The notes beneath the pieces were generated by a model that worked only from the letters and a program-made list of their open reading frames with translations, was not told where the DNA came from and made no database searches. From the sequence record PZ445526.1: a stretch of 64,000 nucleotides of DNA, one strand, 5' to 3'. Each line of letters begins with the position of its first letter. The stretch's first letter is position 1. Origin of the DNA: a phage. This document shows positions 20,047 to 28,946 of this stretch, piece by piece. A program made the position numbers and the translations under genes.

Positions 20047-20574
20047 TTATGCGAGTACCGTCTTTAACCGTTCTTCAAACTTCCGAAGAGTATTTTGGCG
20101 TTCAGCTCTTTGCTTTTTGTAAGTTTCAATACGCTCTGAAATGAGAGTGTATCGTTCATTTACTGATTCTTTCATAAAATCAGGAATTTCACGAGAAGCT
20201 TTAATCTCGTCAAATTTATCAATAACAGCTTGCTCTTCAGCAATTAAGTTATCATACATCAAAATATCTTTCTTGATGAACTCAATATCTTCTTGAGTTA
20301 CGCGAGATAATTTAGATGCTTTATCCTTTTTGTACTGTTCGTTAGTATCACGAGACCAGTGTAATGTACGATTTTTATTCGTATTCTTGTAAATTTCTAC
20401 AATACCAATCTCATCAATAATAACGATCCAATTCCAACGGGATTTGTAAATTTGTCCTCCGTCAACCGTGATTTCACCTCCGATTGAGATGTCATTAAAG
20501 AACTTGCTTTGTGCTTCAGATTTAAATTTACCATCATTGTAGTTTACCAAGTTGAAAATATCTTTAGCATTCAT
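20047..20574 (-). CDS. hypothetical protein
   Basis: 175 aa from ATG (MNAKDIFNLVNYNDGKFK...); track extension is the translated promoter/5'UTR. Confidence 0.5.
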   Translation of the reverse strand: MNAKDIFNLVNYNDGKFKSEAQSKFFNDISIGGEITVDGGQIYKSRWNWIVIIDEIGIVEIYKNTNKNRTLHWSRDTNEQYKKDKASKLSRVTQEDIEFIKKDILMYDNLIAEEQAVIDKFDEIKASREIPDFMKESVNERYTLISERIETYKKQRAERQNTLRKFEERLKTVLA

Positions 20575-20602
20575 TTTCTGTTCCTCCGTAGTTGATAGTT
20601 GT

Positions 20603-20632
20603 ATAGTACCACAGAGGAACGGTCTTGTAAAC
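20603..20632 (-). promoter_or_regulatory. T4 early promoter cassette (-35 GTTTAC, TGGTACTAT -10)
   Basis: Minus strand GTTTACAAGACCGTTCCTCTGTGGTACTATACAACTATCAAC then GGAGGAA RBS. Confidence 0.55.
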
Positions 20633-20634
20633 AA

Positions 20635-20949
20635 CTAAAAGAAACTTCTTTCACAATTTTTTCCACTAAACCATGCGCTAACCGCTTTCTTAGTCTCAGG
20701 AGCAGTGTTATCCATAAACCATTCAAAAGCAGCCTTTTTATGATTCTGGAGGGCTTCTCGGGCTTTAATCTGCTCACGGTCTATTAACACTAACATATGA
20801 GCCTTTCTTGTCACCAGGGGCTTCTTATGATTTTTTGAATATTCCCAATCATTTGTCCATCGCATCGTTGTTGCGAATTGAAGTACAGCTTCTTTAATCT
20901 TAGTTTCGTAAATTTCACGAGCCTTTGAGTATAACATCATTACCTCCAT
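20635..20949 (-). CDS. hypothetical protein
   Basis: 104 aa ORF. Confidence 0.45.
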   Translation of the reverse strand: MEVMMLYSKAREIYETKIKEAVLQFATTMRWTNDWEYSKNHKKPLVTRKAHMLVLIDREQIKAREALQNHKKAAFEWFMDNTAPETKKAVSAWFSGKNCERSFF

Positions 20950-21038
20950 TTACTAGTTTAATTCTAGTCATCTTTTTGATGGCAGTCCATATAATCTATT
21001 TCTGAACTGCCTTTTTGTCATAGAAGTCCTCTTATGAA

Positions 21039-22007
21039 TTATTTCAGAAGAGTAACCTCAGCGATTTCTTCCCAACCGTTTTTGTCGGTCATAATAAAGT
21101 CAGCAAGATAAAGAGCAGTACGCAGTGAAACATTGCGTAAACGATTAACATTGACTTTCATCCATGATAATGCTTTATAAGTTTCTTCATCAGAAAGACC
21201 GCGCTTTTGCATCATGTCGGTTGAAAGAATAACATCTTCAACCCTGACCATAATTTCTTCATTAGTGTGAACACCCAAATCCAAATAAACTGAGCGGGAC
21301 ACTAATGCTTGTAAATGTGGAGCAAGTTTAGTACCACGGTCTAATTCGCGGTCAATGTCAACGTTTGTGATAAAAACAATCGTTCCTTTAAATTCAAACT
21401 CACGCTCAATGCCTTTTTCTTCTAAGTAAGAAGATGCAGTGCTCCAGCAGACTTTACGGGTCTCTCCAGTGTCCAGAGCAGCTTTCAGAAGATTAAGAAT
21501 GTCCATATCAGAGAAAACATCCACATCATCAATCAAAAGGACAGAATTCTCTTCACGATTATTCCAAAGCTGTTCATAAAGACCAATACCAGAGATTTTA
21601 CCATTAATGCTTTTATATTCAATGTATCCAATATCATTTGCTTTATTTAAAGCTTTATCTAAAGAATACGTTTTACCAATACCCGCCGCACCAGAGATAA
21701 TTAATGAACGAATGTTTCCGTTAATAATACCATTCGTCATCATTCCCATAACATTAAATCTTTTATTAATGCGGGTTTTCATATCTTCATATGATTCTTT
21801 AACTTCTTCAACTTTTACACCATCATATGAAATGTCTGATTTGTAAACCCAAACACCGCGACGTTTACCGTCAATTTCAACAAAAACTTTACCATCTCCT
21901 TGTGCATCTACCGGAGCATTATCTGGGAACCATTCACCTAAGAGCTCAAAAGTTCCAGAGATTTCTTTACCGAAGTAGATACCCTTATTGATAGTTACAG
22001 TTTTCAT
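21039..22007 (-). CDS. P-loop AAA-type ATPase
   Basis: 322 aa from ATG (MKTVTINKGIYFGK...); Walker A SGAAGIGKT, Walker B VLLIDDVD. Confidence 0.6.
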   Translation of the reverse strand: MKTVTINKGIYFGKEISGTFELLGEWFPDNAPVDAQGDGKVFVEIDGKRRGVWVYKSDISYDGVKVEEVKESYEDMKTRINKRFNVMGMMTNGIINGNIRSLIISGAAGIGKTYSLDKALNKANDIGYIEYKSINGKISGIGLYEQLWNNREENSVLLIDDVDVFSDMDILNLLKAALDTGETRKVCWSTASSYLEEKGIEREFEFKGTIVFITNVDIDRELDRGTKLAPHLQALVSRSVYLDLGVHTNEEIMVRVEDVILSTDMMQKRGLSDEETYKALSWMKVNVNRLRNVSLRTALYLADFIMTDKNGWEEIAEVTLLK

Positions 22008-22041
22008 TTTATTCTCCAAATCCGTATCAGTTGATAGTTGT

Positions 22042-22071
22042 ATAGTACCATAAAGCTTTATGCTTGTAAAC
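22042..22071 (-). promoter_or_regulatory. T4 early promoter cassette
   Basis: Minus strand GTTTACAAGCATAAAGCTTTATGGTACTATACAACTATCAAC, A/T-rich upstream, GGAGAATAAAATG RBS. Confidence 0.55.
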
Positions 22072-22097
22072 CGTTTTGTGAAAAAATTTTGAAATAA

Positions 22098-22120
22098 AAA
22101 GGGAGCCCGAAGGCTCCCTA
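22098..22120 (-). terminator. rho-independent terminator
   Basis: GGGAGCC-UUCG-GGCUCCC hairpin followed by UUUUUAUUUC, immediately after the 22121 stop. Confidence 0.65.
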
Positions 22121-23134
22121 TCATTTATAATAACTTCGGTGGTTTTCAAGATAGACCTTCTCAAGGAAGTCATCCCAGAAACCCATGTCTACTTTTTGCT
22201 GCATACCGTTCTTAGAAGCTTCAGTAGATGCTGCTTCTACTTGATCGACCACATCTTCCAAAAACTCTTGAACTGTTTTAAATGGATGTTTACCCAACTT
22301 CACGTCGAGAATAAATGGAGCATCTTGGAGTGGATAAACCAAGTCACCAGTTTTGTAAATTTCCAATAGTTGAAGTCCACCACGACAAGCATGGCTCAGA
22401 GCTTTCCAGTCAATACCTTCATTGGCTTCGGCCTTACGAGCACGTTCACCGTATTCAGCATCTAATTTGTTCAGTGACTGCTTAAGCTCAATAAGAGAAA
22501 GCGTTGTCTGATATTTACGACCCAACACAGTGTAGAACGTTTGTGGGCCTGTTTTCTCATGATTATGGAACACCCATTCACAGAATTCGTTTTCTGGAAG
22601 ACGATGCTTAATATCTTCAACTTTAGTACGACGCTGCTTAATGGAACCGTCTTCTTGGTAATCAACCCATTGCTCAGGGATTTGATTAACTACTTTCAAT
22701 ACATCGCGTAATGCAGCCAAACGAGAACCCTTGACACCGTATTTAGAAGCTTGCTTGCGAACATATCCTAAATAGGATTTCATGTTAGTCGTATAAAAAC
22801 GAGAACGGTTGTCTTGAATAAACTTCCACACATCAGGCAAATCAGATTTAACCACTAGTTCAGGTGGAGTGTGAAGCATATCCAATGCTACAGTTTCACC
22901 ATCTGCTGCTAATTTAAAGAAATATTTAAGACTGTATAGTTCATGGTCAATATCATCTTTAGTGTTTTTAGATGATGTGTTGTTAGTGTTTTTACTCATG
23001 TGCTCTTTAACATTTCCAATAAGAATATCACGAGCAGGAGGAACAAAGATTTCTTTAAAATCTACATCAGATTCTAGAGTAGAAGTTCCATAAAGATGAC
23101 TACCAAAATAGCTTTTCATTACTGTTTTCATCAT
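22121..23134 (-). CDS. predicted Pol-beta-superfamily nucleotidyltransferase
   Basis: 337 aa; N-terminal GSHLYGTSTLESDVDF fits the G[GS]x(9-13)DxD NTase signature. Confidence 0.5.
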   Translation of the reverse strand: MMKTVMKSYFGSHLYGTSTLESDVDFKEIFVPPARDILIGNVKEHMSKNTNNTSSKNTKDDIDHELYSLKYFFKLAADGETVALDMLHTPPELVVKSDLPDVWKFIQDNRSRFYTTNMKSYLGYVRKQASKYGVKGSRLAALRDVLKVVNQIPEQWVDYQEDGSIKQRRTKVEDIKHRLPENEFCEWVFHNHEKTGPQTFYTVLGRKYQTTLSLIELKQSLNKLDAEYGERARKAEANEGIDWKALSHACRGGLQLLEIYKTGDLVYPLQDAPFILDVKLGKHPFKTVQEFLEDVVDQVEAASTEASKNGMQQKVDMGFWDDFLEKVYLENHRSYYK

Positions 23135-23592
23135 TCAGCCTTATATTCAATAACAGGACATACTTTAGCTTTACGAGCTTTTAAAAATTCAACGATAACC
23201 GATTTCTTGGGTTGAATAGGAGGTAAACCTTTATACGCCCTATCAATATTTTCTACGTGTAAAGCATAATCCTTTTTCCATTTATAATCTTTATATTTTT
23301 CACGCAAATGTGCAGGAATAACAAATGAACCGATAATAAGTAAAACAACCAAAAGCGCAAGTATAAATGCTGATGGAAGCAAAGTCCATAAACTACCAAA
23401 AATAATCCAACGCTGTAGGCTTTCTGCACAAATAATTGTTAGCCCTACGAGTATAGCACATCCAAAAATAGAAACGAAAAATGTAGGAATGGCAATAGAC
23501 CAAAAATATGCGCATAGTGTCTTAGGTCGTTGCCATTCATCGTTAAACAATTTGAATAATTTATAGTGCCAAGAGTTTTCATTAATAATCAT
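23131..23592 (-). CDS. membrane protein
   Basis: 153 aa; two to three hydrophobic helices (AYFWSIAIPTFFVSIFGCAILVGLTIICA, LLALLVVLLIIGSFVIPA). Confidence 0.5.
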   Translation of the reverse strand: MIINENSWHYKLFKLFNDEWQRPKTLCAYFWSIAIPTFFVSIFGCAILVGLTIICAESLQRWIIFGSLWTLLPSAFILALLVVLLIIGSFVIPAHLREKYKDYKWKKDYALHVENIDRAYKGLPPIQPKKSVIVEFLKARKAKVCPVIEYKAE

Positions 23593-23594
23593 AA

Positions 23595-24116
23595 TTATCC
23601 TTTCATTGAAGGCGTAACGGTTGTTAAATACTTAATCATAGCTTCAGCTTCTGATTTTGATAATGAAATTTCTCCATTGTTTTGACGAATAGAAATAAAA
23701 TCCGGATGACGGTCACCACCAGCTTTTAAAACACACATATAAGTATCAACTTCGCCTTCAATATTTGAAATGATTGAAGCAGTTCCACATGAATGCGGTT
23801 TTTGATAAATCAATACAGCTTTTCTTCCGCCATTTGACTGCTCATAGGCTTTTAATACATCAAACAAATCAGTTCTTTTATCAATAGCTAAAATGTTATT
23901 TTCATCTTCAATGTTAAATCCTTCGGATACTTCATAAAGCGTTACCCATAAATCACCAATGTCAATAACAGCATTTACTTTTCCACGGCTTTCAAGGGTA
24001 TGACAAATTTTCTTGATTTCGTCATAACTCATTTTAATAATATCATCTCCTTGAATAAGGAAGATGTCATTTTTAAATTCAACACGAATTAAACCGCTTC
24101 CACTTGAAATAAACAT
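23595..24116 (-). CDS. hypothetical protein, paralog pair member 1
   Basis: 173 aa; shares EGFNIE...SEAEAMIKYLTTVTPSM architecture with next ORF. Confidence 0.5.
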   Translation of the reverse strand: MFISSGSGLIRVEFKNDIFLIQGDDIIKMSYDEIKKICHTLESRGKVNAVIDIGDLWVTLYEVSEGFNIEDENNILAIDKRTDLFDVLKAYEQSNGGRKAVLIYQKPHSCGTASIISNIEGEVDTYMCVLKAGGDRHPDFISIRQNNGEISLSKSEAEAMIKYLTTVTPSMKG

Positions 24117-24122
24117 ATTTCC

Positions 24123-24668
24123 TCACTTTGAAATCATAGTTGGAATAACAGAATCAAGATAAGTCTTTAGCGCAATAGCTTCGTCTTTGGTAAATGTGAC
24201 AATATGTGCTCGAAAATCATCAATTTGACGAATAGTTAAGACATCTCCATCTTCATAACATTTTGATACGTTTAAAACAGTTTCATCATTCTGATCGCAA
24301 GCGTTAGTAATAATAGCATTGCAATTTTTAAGCCATTTTAAACTATGTTTTCTTTCATTAGAATAATAAAAATATTTAATCTTAGTTATAAAATTATCCC
24401 AATTATTAATTGATAAGCATATTGACTCGCTTTCAATATTAAATCCTGGGCATAAAGAATAAAAATGAATTTTATGCTCATCATTAATGCTTACAATTTT
24501 ATCAGTATAAGAATTTTCAATTTGGGTTAAATGAATAATTTCGTTAGGCGTAAAATATAACATATCGTCTTCTTGTGTCAAACGATACATATTATTTACT
24601 TTTTCTATAGCCAATTCACCAAAAAGTGAACTAACTTCTAATACTAATCGTTTCGCCTCGCCCATCAT
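24123..24668 (-). CDS. hypothetical protein, paralog pair member 2
   Basis: 181 aa; PGFNIE...DEAIALKTYLDSVIPTM. Confidence 0.5.
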   Translation of the reverse strand: MMGEAKRLVLEVSSLFGELAIEKVNNMYRLTQEDDMLYFTPNEIIHLTQIENSYTDKIVSINDEHKIHFYSLCPGFNIESESICLSINNWDNFITKIKYFYYSNERKHSLKWLKNCNAIITNACDQNDETVLNVSKCYEDGDVLTIRQIDDFRAHIVTFTKDEAIALKTYLDSVIPTMISK

Positions 24669-24800
24669 TACATACTCCTCTGAATCATATCAATAATGTT
24701 GTTCACCAGATTATAAGTAAACATTGGGTAATTATATTGAATCATCACATACACAACAAACAAAACTTTCATTCTCTTCTCCTTGGCAGTTGACAAGATT

Positions 24801-24830
24801 ACTATACCATAACCTTGCCAACTTGTAAAC
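24801..24830 (-). promoter_or_regulatory. T4 early promoter (-35 GTTTAC, -10 TATAGT)
   Basis: Minus strand GTTTACAAGTTGGCAAGGTTATGGTATAGT. Confidence 0.5.
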
Positions 24831-24995
24831 CATTAAATGACGTTTTCGATAAAATTCTGAAGCTTTGTGTGAGCATCAACCATGATTTTCATTTCTTCTT
24901 TGGCGAAAGCTATACCTCTTTCCCGAGAAGAACATTCATAGTCAGAAACTGCATTAGCATATTCTTCAATTAGCTTCATTAAAAACATCTGCTTT

Positions 24996-25190
24996 TCAGT
25001 TTTCATTATTCCACCTAATCATTTCAAGATATTGAACTAACTTAGCTTTAGATTTATCCAAATCCTTTTTAGCTGCTTCTATACCGTCGTATGAATATCC
25101 TTCACAATGCTCAACTGCTAATTGATATGAATCTATTTCAATATCACGTGCTAATTTAATGATTTTTTCAAACTGTTCACGTGTTAGCAT
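24996..25190 (-). CDS. hypothetical protein
   Basis: 64 aa ORF. Confidence 0.4.
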   Translation of the reverse strand: MLTREQFEKIIKLARDIEIDSYQLAVEHCEGYSYDGIEAAKKDLDKSKAKLVQYLEMIRWNNEN

Positions 25191-25192
25191 AA

Positions 25193-25411
25193 TTAAACTC
25201 TCGTATTATGATCGATAATTTCATCAAGAAACATATCTAACGCTTCTAAAGCATTATCAACTTTAGCTTCAAATTCTTCAATACCTGATAAGGCAAAGTT
25301 AATGCGTTCCTCATCTGCTTTACGAATTAAAGCTACCAATTCCTTAATTTTATCCGCTTGTTCGATACTAATCATTATTCCACCACATATGAAAGAGAGA
25401 ATATTGCACAC
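25193..25411 (-). CDS. hypothetical protein
   Basis: 72 aa ORF. Confidence 0.4.
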
Positions 25412-25563
25412 GCCATGTGAGTTGCAACTTCATCACACATATTATAACGTTTCTTGAGAAGTTCTACAAGTTCTTCACTAGTAACTTCATCCATGTCGAC
25501 GAAAAAATCACCATTAATGATGACGTAGATATTTCCTTCTTGATTGAGTGCTTCAATTTTCAT
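25375..25563 (-). CDS. hypothetical protein
   Basis: 62 aa from ATG ([10 protein letters not shown]...); GAGGAGA RBS. Confidence 0.4.
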
Positions 25564-25591
25564 GATGTTCTCCTCTTTATCCGATAGTTGT

Positions 25592-25621
25592 ATAGTACCA
25601 CAGCTCAAACGGAAAGTAAAC
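25592..25621 (-). promoter_or_regulatory. T4 early promoter cassette
   Basis: Minus strand GTTTACTTTCCGTTTGAGCTGTGGTACTATACAACTATC. Confidence 0.55.
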
Positions 25622-25630
25622 CGGTAAAAT

Positions 25631-25655
25631 GAAAAAAGTCTCCCGAAGGAGACTA
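25631..25655 (-). terminator. rho-independent terminator
   Basis: GUCUCC-UUCG-GGAGAC hairpin followed by UUUUUUC, just upstream of the early promoter. Confidence 0.6.
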
Positions 25656-25658
25656 ATG

Positions 25659-26045
25659 TTATTCGAGGGAAAGAAGATACTTACTCTGGTAAAACATTCC
25701 AGTAATATCATCTATCGTGCTTTGGATGGCTGGAGGCATTTCTTTATAAATGCTGTTAGATTGGTCTAGTATGTGATCAATCATTTTAATTGTGTCGGTA
25801 GGAAGTTTACTGGCATCTGGAATTGAAGGCGTGTATTTTCTACCAGAATACCCCAAATATTGCTCACCAAATTTATCAATCAAATCTGGCAACTCGGAGA
25901 AAATAAAATCGTATGCTTTGTGTCTAGCATAACTTTTAGTTTCAAAATGCGCAGAATGAAAATAAGCTTGTGCAGCCATTAATAAACCTAAGTATTCATC
26001 TGCCTTTGAAGGTTTTCCACTTTGTGAAAAGTCGCTGAATTTCAT
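25659..26045 (-). CDS. hypothetical protein (T4 rI.-1 position)
   Basis: 128 aa ORF immediately downstream of rI. Confidence 0.5.
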
Positions 26046-26335
26046 TCAGTCTCCAATTTAATTTTCATAATTCTAGCGTATGATTGTGCCATCTCCGCGC
26101 CTCGCTCTATACATTCAAAATCAGAAGAGCACGGGTCATTTTTATAGGTCGTTCTCATAAAACTATAGAATTGTTCAGACGATTCTACGCTTTTATTTTC
26201 AAAAAGCATATAAACGTGCCTAATACCAGATTCCATAAATTTATCAAAATGAGGATCGACATTCGCTTCAATCGATGGAGATAAAACAAATGACAATCCT
26301 AGCATGGCAAATAGTGCCGTTGCTTTTAAGGCCAT
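26042..26335 (-). CDS. rI: lysis-inhibition regulator RI (signal-anchor periplasmic protein)
   Basis: 97 aa, MALKATALFAMLGLSFVLSPSIEANVDPHFDKF...; matches T4 RI by recall. Confidence 0.85.
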   Translation of the reverse strand: MALKATALFAMLGLSFVLSPSIEANVDPHFDKFMESGIRHVYMLFENKSVESSEQFYSFMRTTYKNDPCSSDFECIERGAEMAQSYARIMKIKLETE

Positions 26336-26347
26336 AAAGGCCTCCTA

Positions 26348-26560
26348 TCATTTTTGTCCTGTATTTACTTTATGCCGATGCACGGCCTTAACTTTATCAA
26401 GGTATTTTTCAAAATTTCGCAATCTAGTATAGTCTGCCGGAGATTGGTTGAGTGATACTTCTCGACGCAAAGCTGAAATGATATTTCCAACTTCCCTACG
26501 AATTTCATCTAATTGAAGCACAGTAAGATTGCGAAGTTGCTTTTCAGTTAATTGTAGCAT
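26348..26560 (-). CDS. hypothetical protein (T4 rI.1 position)
   Basis: 70 aa ORF. Confidence 0.45.
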
Positions 26561-26602
26561 ATATACCCCTTTAGTTAGATAAACCTATTTATAACTTTTG
26601 CA

Positions 26603-27184
26603 CTAACCGAGCTTTTTAGTTAATTCATTCCAATGTTTTCTACACAAAGAAACATAAATTTCATCACCAATACAGATTTGATTACCTTCTTTAACTGGTG
26701 TTCCATCTTCCATTAATCGAGCTGTCATAATCGCTTTTTTGCCGCAATGACAAACTGCCTTTAGTTCAATAAGTTTATCTGCAATCGCTAAAAGTTCTTT
26801 AGAACCTTCAAATAATTTTCCAGCGAAATCAGTCCTTAATCCATAAGCCATAACAGGAACATTATATGTATCAACAATTCGACTTAATTGATGCACCTGT
26901 TCAGTTTTTAAAAATTGGGCTTCATCTACAAATACGCAATGAATATCTTTTTGTGCTTCAGCCCATTTATAGAACTCGAAAATATCCATATCATCTGTGA
27001 TAATATTCGCTTCCTGCTTAATTCCAATGCGAGAAACGACTTCACAGACAGAATCGCGAGTATCAATAGCAGGCTTAAGAACTAATACACTCATTCCGCG
27101 TTCTTTATAATTATGTGCAGCAGTCAAAAGAGAAGCAGATTTTCCAGCATTCATTGCTGCATAAGTAAAAATTAAACTCGCCAT
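26603..27184 (-). CDS. tk: thymidine kinase
   Basis: 193 aa; P-loop YAAMNAGKS, zinc ribbon CHCGKK...CRKHW. Confidence 0.9.
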   Translation of the reverse strand: MASLIFTYAAMNAGKSASLLTAAHNYKERGMSVLVLKPAIDTRDSVCEVVSRIGIKQEANIITDDMDIFEFYKWAEAQKDIHCVFVDEAQFLKTEQVHQLSRIVDTYNVPVMAYGLRTDFAGKLFEGSKELLAIADKLIELKAVCHCGKKAIMTARLMEDGTPVKEGNQICIGDEIYVSLCRKHWNELTKKLG

Positions 27185-27185
27185 C

Positions 27186-27374
27186 TTAGTCCTTAGTTAA
27201 ATTTTCTAAATATGTTTCTAAATCATTTTCAGCTTTATCGATAGATTTTACTAATTCGTAATATGTTTCGGCATCTCCATAATCAGAAGATAATTCAAAA
27301 GACAAATCCTTTTCTAAACTAATAATTTCACCAACTAAAAATAATATTTCGTTCTTTTGTTCGCGAGTAATCAT
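27186..27374 (-). CDS. hypothetical protein
   Basis: 62 aa acidic ORF. Confidence 0.4.
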   Translation of the reverse strand: MITREQKNEILFLVGEIISLEKDLSFELSSDYGDAETYYELVKSIDKAENDLETYLENLTKD

Positions 27375-27556
27375 AATGAATTTATATAATCAATGAGTTC
27401 TTGTTCTTTATTATCAAATTCTTTAGAAAGTTCTTCGTATTCATTTGCGCTAAAAGGACCGCATTCATTACAAACTTTTTCCAATTCACTATTTTTATCC
27501 ATAACTTCGTGGATAAGAGAAAAGAGTTTGTCTTTTTGTTCTTTGCTTAGGCTCAT
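27371..27556 (-). CDS. hypothetical protein
   Basis: 61 aa ORF. Confidence 0.4.
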   Translation of the reverse strand: MSLSKEQKDKLFSLIHEVMDKNSELEKVCNECGPFSANEYEELSKEFDNKEQELIDYINSL

Positions 27557-27726
27557 ATATTAATTTCCAGAAGTTTTAAAATAATTCGTTTTTGCTTAAA
27601 TATTTCCATAGTTAAATGATCAGTATCTTTTTGACCAATTCCAATGGCAAAACCTTTATTAGCAGCGAGTTCAATTAAATTATCAAGTTCGCGTAACACT
27701 TCGTACTGTAACTCAGAACTATTCAT
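27553..27726 (-). CDS. hypothetical protein (57 aa)
   Basis: Hand-translated MNSSELQYEVLRELDNLIELAANKGFAIGIGQKDTDHL...; ATGA overlaps on both sides; below track cutoff. Confidence 0.35.
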   Translation of the reverse strand: MNSSELQYEVLRELDNLIELAANKGFAIGIGQKDTDHLTMEIFKQKRIILKLLEINI

Positions 27727-27935
27727 TTCGGTTTACCTTCTTTAACGAAATCTGGATAAGGATAAAATCCCGAATAAAATCCTTCACCTTTATGATTGAT
27801 GCATCCTTTATTAGAACAATAGCACCAATAATCAAAATCACAAGCCATTTCATCGTTGCATAAAGCAAAAACAACCGGCCATTTACACTTTTCACAATGA
27901 GCATTTTTAAGAATACTAGTTTGGCTCATAACCAT
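27723..27935 (-). CDS. small cysteine-rich (zinc-binding?) protein
   Basis: 70 aa with HCEKCKW...CNDEMACDFDYWCYCSNKGCINH. Confidence 0.45.
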   Translation of the reverse strand: MVMSQTSILKNAHCEKCKWPVVFALCNDEMACDFDYWCYCSNKGCINHKGEGFYSGFYPYPDFVKEGKPK

Positions 27936-28138
27936 GTCACCTTTAAGCAGTATTCTTCTACATGCTGTTTACGACCTTTCTTATCAATAAAGGTATATTC
28001 AACGAATGTTCCAATGTAGTCTTTATCGACATCATGTGGACTATTAATTGGACATTTAGTACGGCAAATGCGTTCCCATTGACGAATAATTACTGCCTTA
28101 TTCTTTGGGTCATATGGATGTGGATAATGTATATTCAT
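27926..28138 (-). CDS. hypothetical protein
   Basis: 70 aa from ATG (MNIHYPHPYDPKNK...); track start is TTG. Confidence 0.4.
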   Translation of the reverse strand: MNIHYPHPYDPKNKAVIIRQWERICRTKCPINSPHDVDKDYIGTFVEYTFIDKKGRKQHVEEYCLKVTWL

Positions 28139-28602
28139 AATAATGGTTCCCAATCAACAATCACAATTTCTAATTTAGAGGAATATGTATCTAAAATCCC
28201 CTCAATAATATCCCAGTTCCCTTTACCTATGCCTGCACCAATCCTAGGCATATAGATTGTAGGTTTAGTCAGTTTATTTTCACCAAACTCATTTAATTCT
28301 AACATACAATTCATTAAAGCGGAATACTCAAAATTTGGCCCTGGTTGAAATTGAGTATAAAGGTTGAAGCAATACGCTTTATGAGTCCTAAAGTATTTTT
28401 CATAGACTGAATAAGAACCAAGTTTAGTTACATCACCCCATTCAGTCTGTAATTTATCAGCTTCCAAAATTTTAGGGAAAGCTTTGGTTAATTGACCTGC
28501 GACTCCAGCTTTCATCGCGTGAAAACAATTACATCCATGCGCAATATTTTTACCTTCAGCGAAAAGGGCGACAATATCGCCCTTGATATATTTTACAATC
28601 AT
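28135..28602 (-). CDS. macro-domain-like protein (putative ADP-ribose binding/hydrolase)
   Basis: 155 aa; GDIVALF...AHGCNCFHAMKAGVAGQL and PRIGAGIGKGNW resemble macro-domain glycine-rich motifs; inference, no search run. Confidence 0.5.
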   Translation of the reverse strand: MIVKYIKGDIVALFAEGKNIAHGCNCFHAMKAGVAGQLTKAFPKILEADKLQTEWGDVTKLGSYSVYEKYFRTHKAYCFNLYTQFQPGPNFEYSALMNCMLELNEFGENKLTKPTIYMPRIGAGIGKGNWDIIEGILDTYSSKLEIVIVDWEPLL

Positions 28603-28946
28603 CTAGTACTCAATCCTCGATTATAAGAATCTACCAAACGGTCAACCATTGAATGACAAGCGGCTTTATCTTTCTCCTCCGCAACTGAACATTCTAAAGT
28701 ATTCCACTTTTTAGCATATCGTTTTAACAATGTATAGTTTTTGTATCTGCTTGATTTATCCCTTTCTCCGTCTTTATATGCATATATTAATTTCTGTGCA
28801 AATTCAGCTTGGCATGCTTTATTTTTCCCACAATAATCTGCCGCAGTGCGGTTTACATATTCTCTAATTTCAGTATATGATGTATCTGCTGACGCAGAAG
28901 CAGAAAATGAAATTAATCCTATACATAAAACCAAAATTTTAGTCAT
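28599..28946 (-). CDS. small secreted protein (signal peptide); positionally equivalent to T4 vs
   Basis: 115 aa; MTKILVLCIGLISFSASASA signal peptide, four Cys. Confidence 0.45.
   Translation of the reverse strand: MTKILVLCIGLISFSASASADTSYTEIREYVNRTAADYCGKNKACQAEFAQKLIYAYKDGERDKSSRYKNYTLLKRYAKKWNTLECSVAEEKDKAACHSMVDRLVDSYNRGLSTR

Noticed and set aside
20574-20634. Shared peptide ...TIQLSTTEE(N/Q)K-M... at the N-termini of several track ORFs (20047-20634, 21039-22124, 25375-25608, 40584-40841, 41501-41833) looked like a conserved protein domain or signal
   Set aside because: It is the read-through translation of the conserved early promoter and 5'UTR from upstream TTG/GTG codons; the real ATG follows the GGAGAATAAA ribosome-binding site, so the similarity is in the DNA, not the protein.
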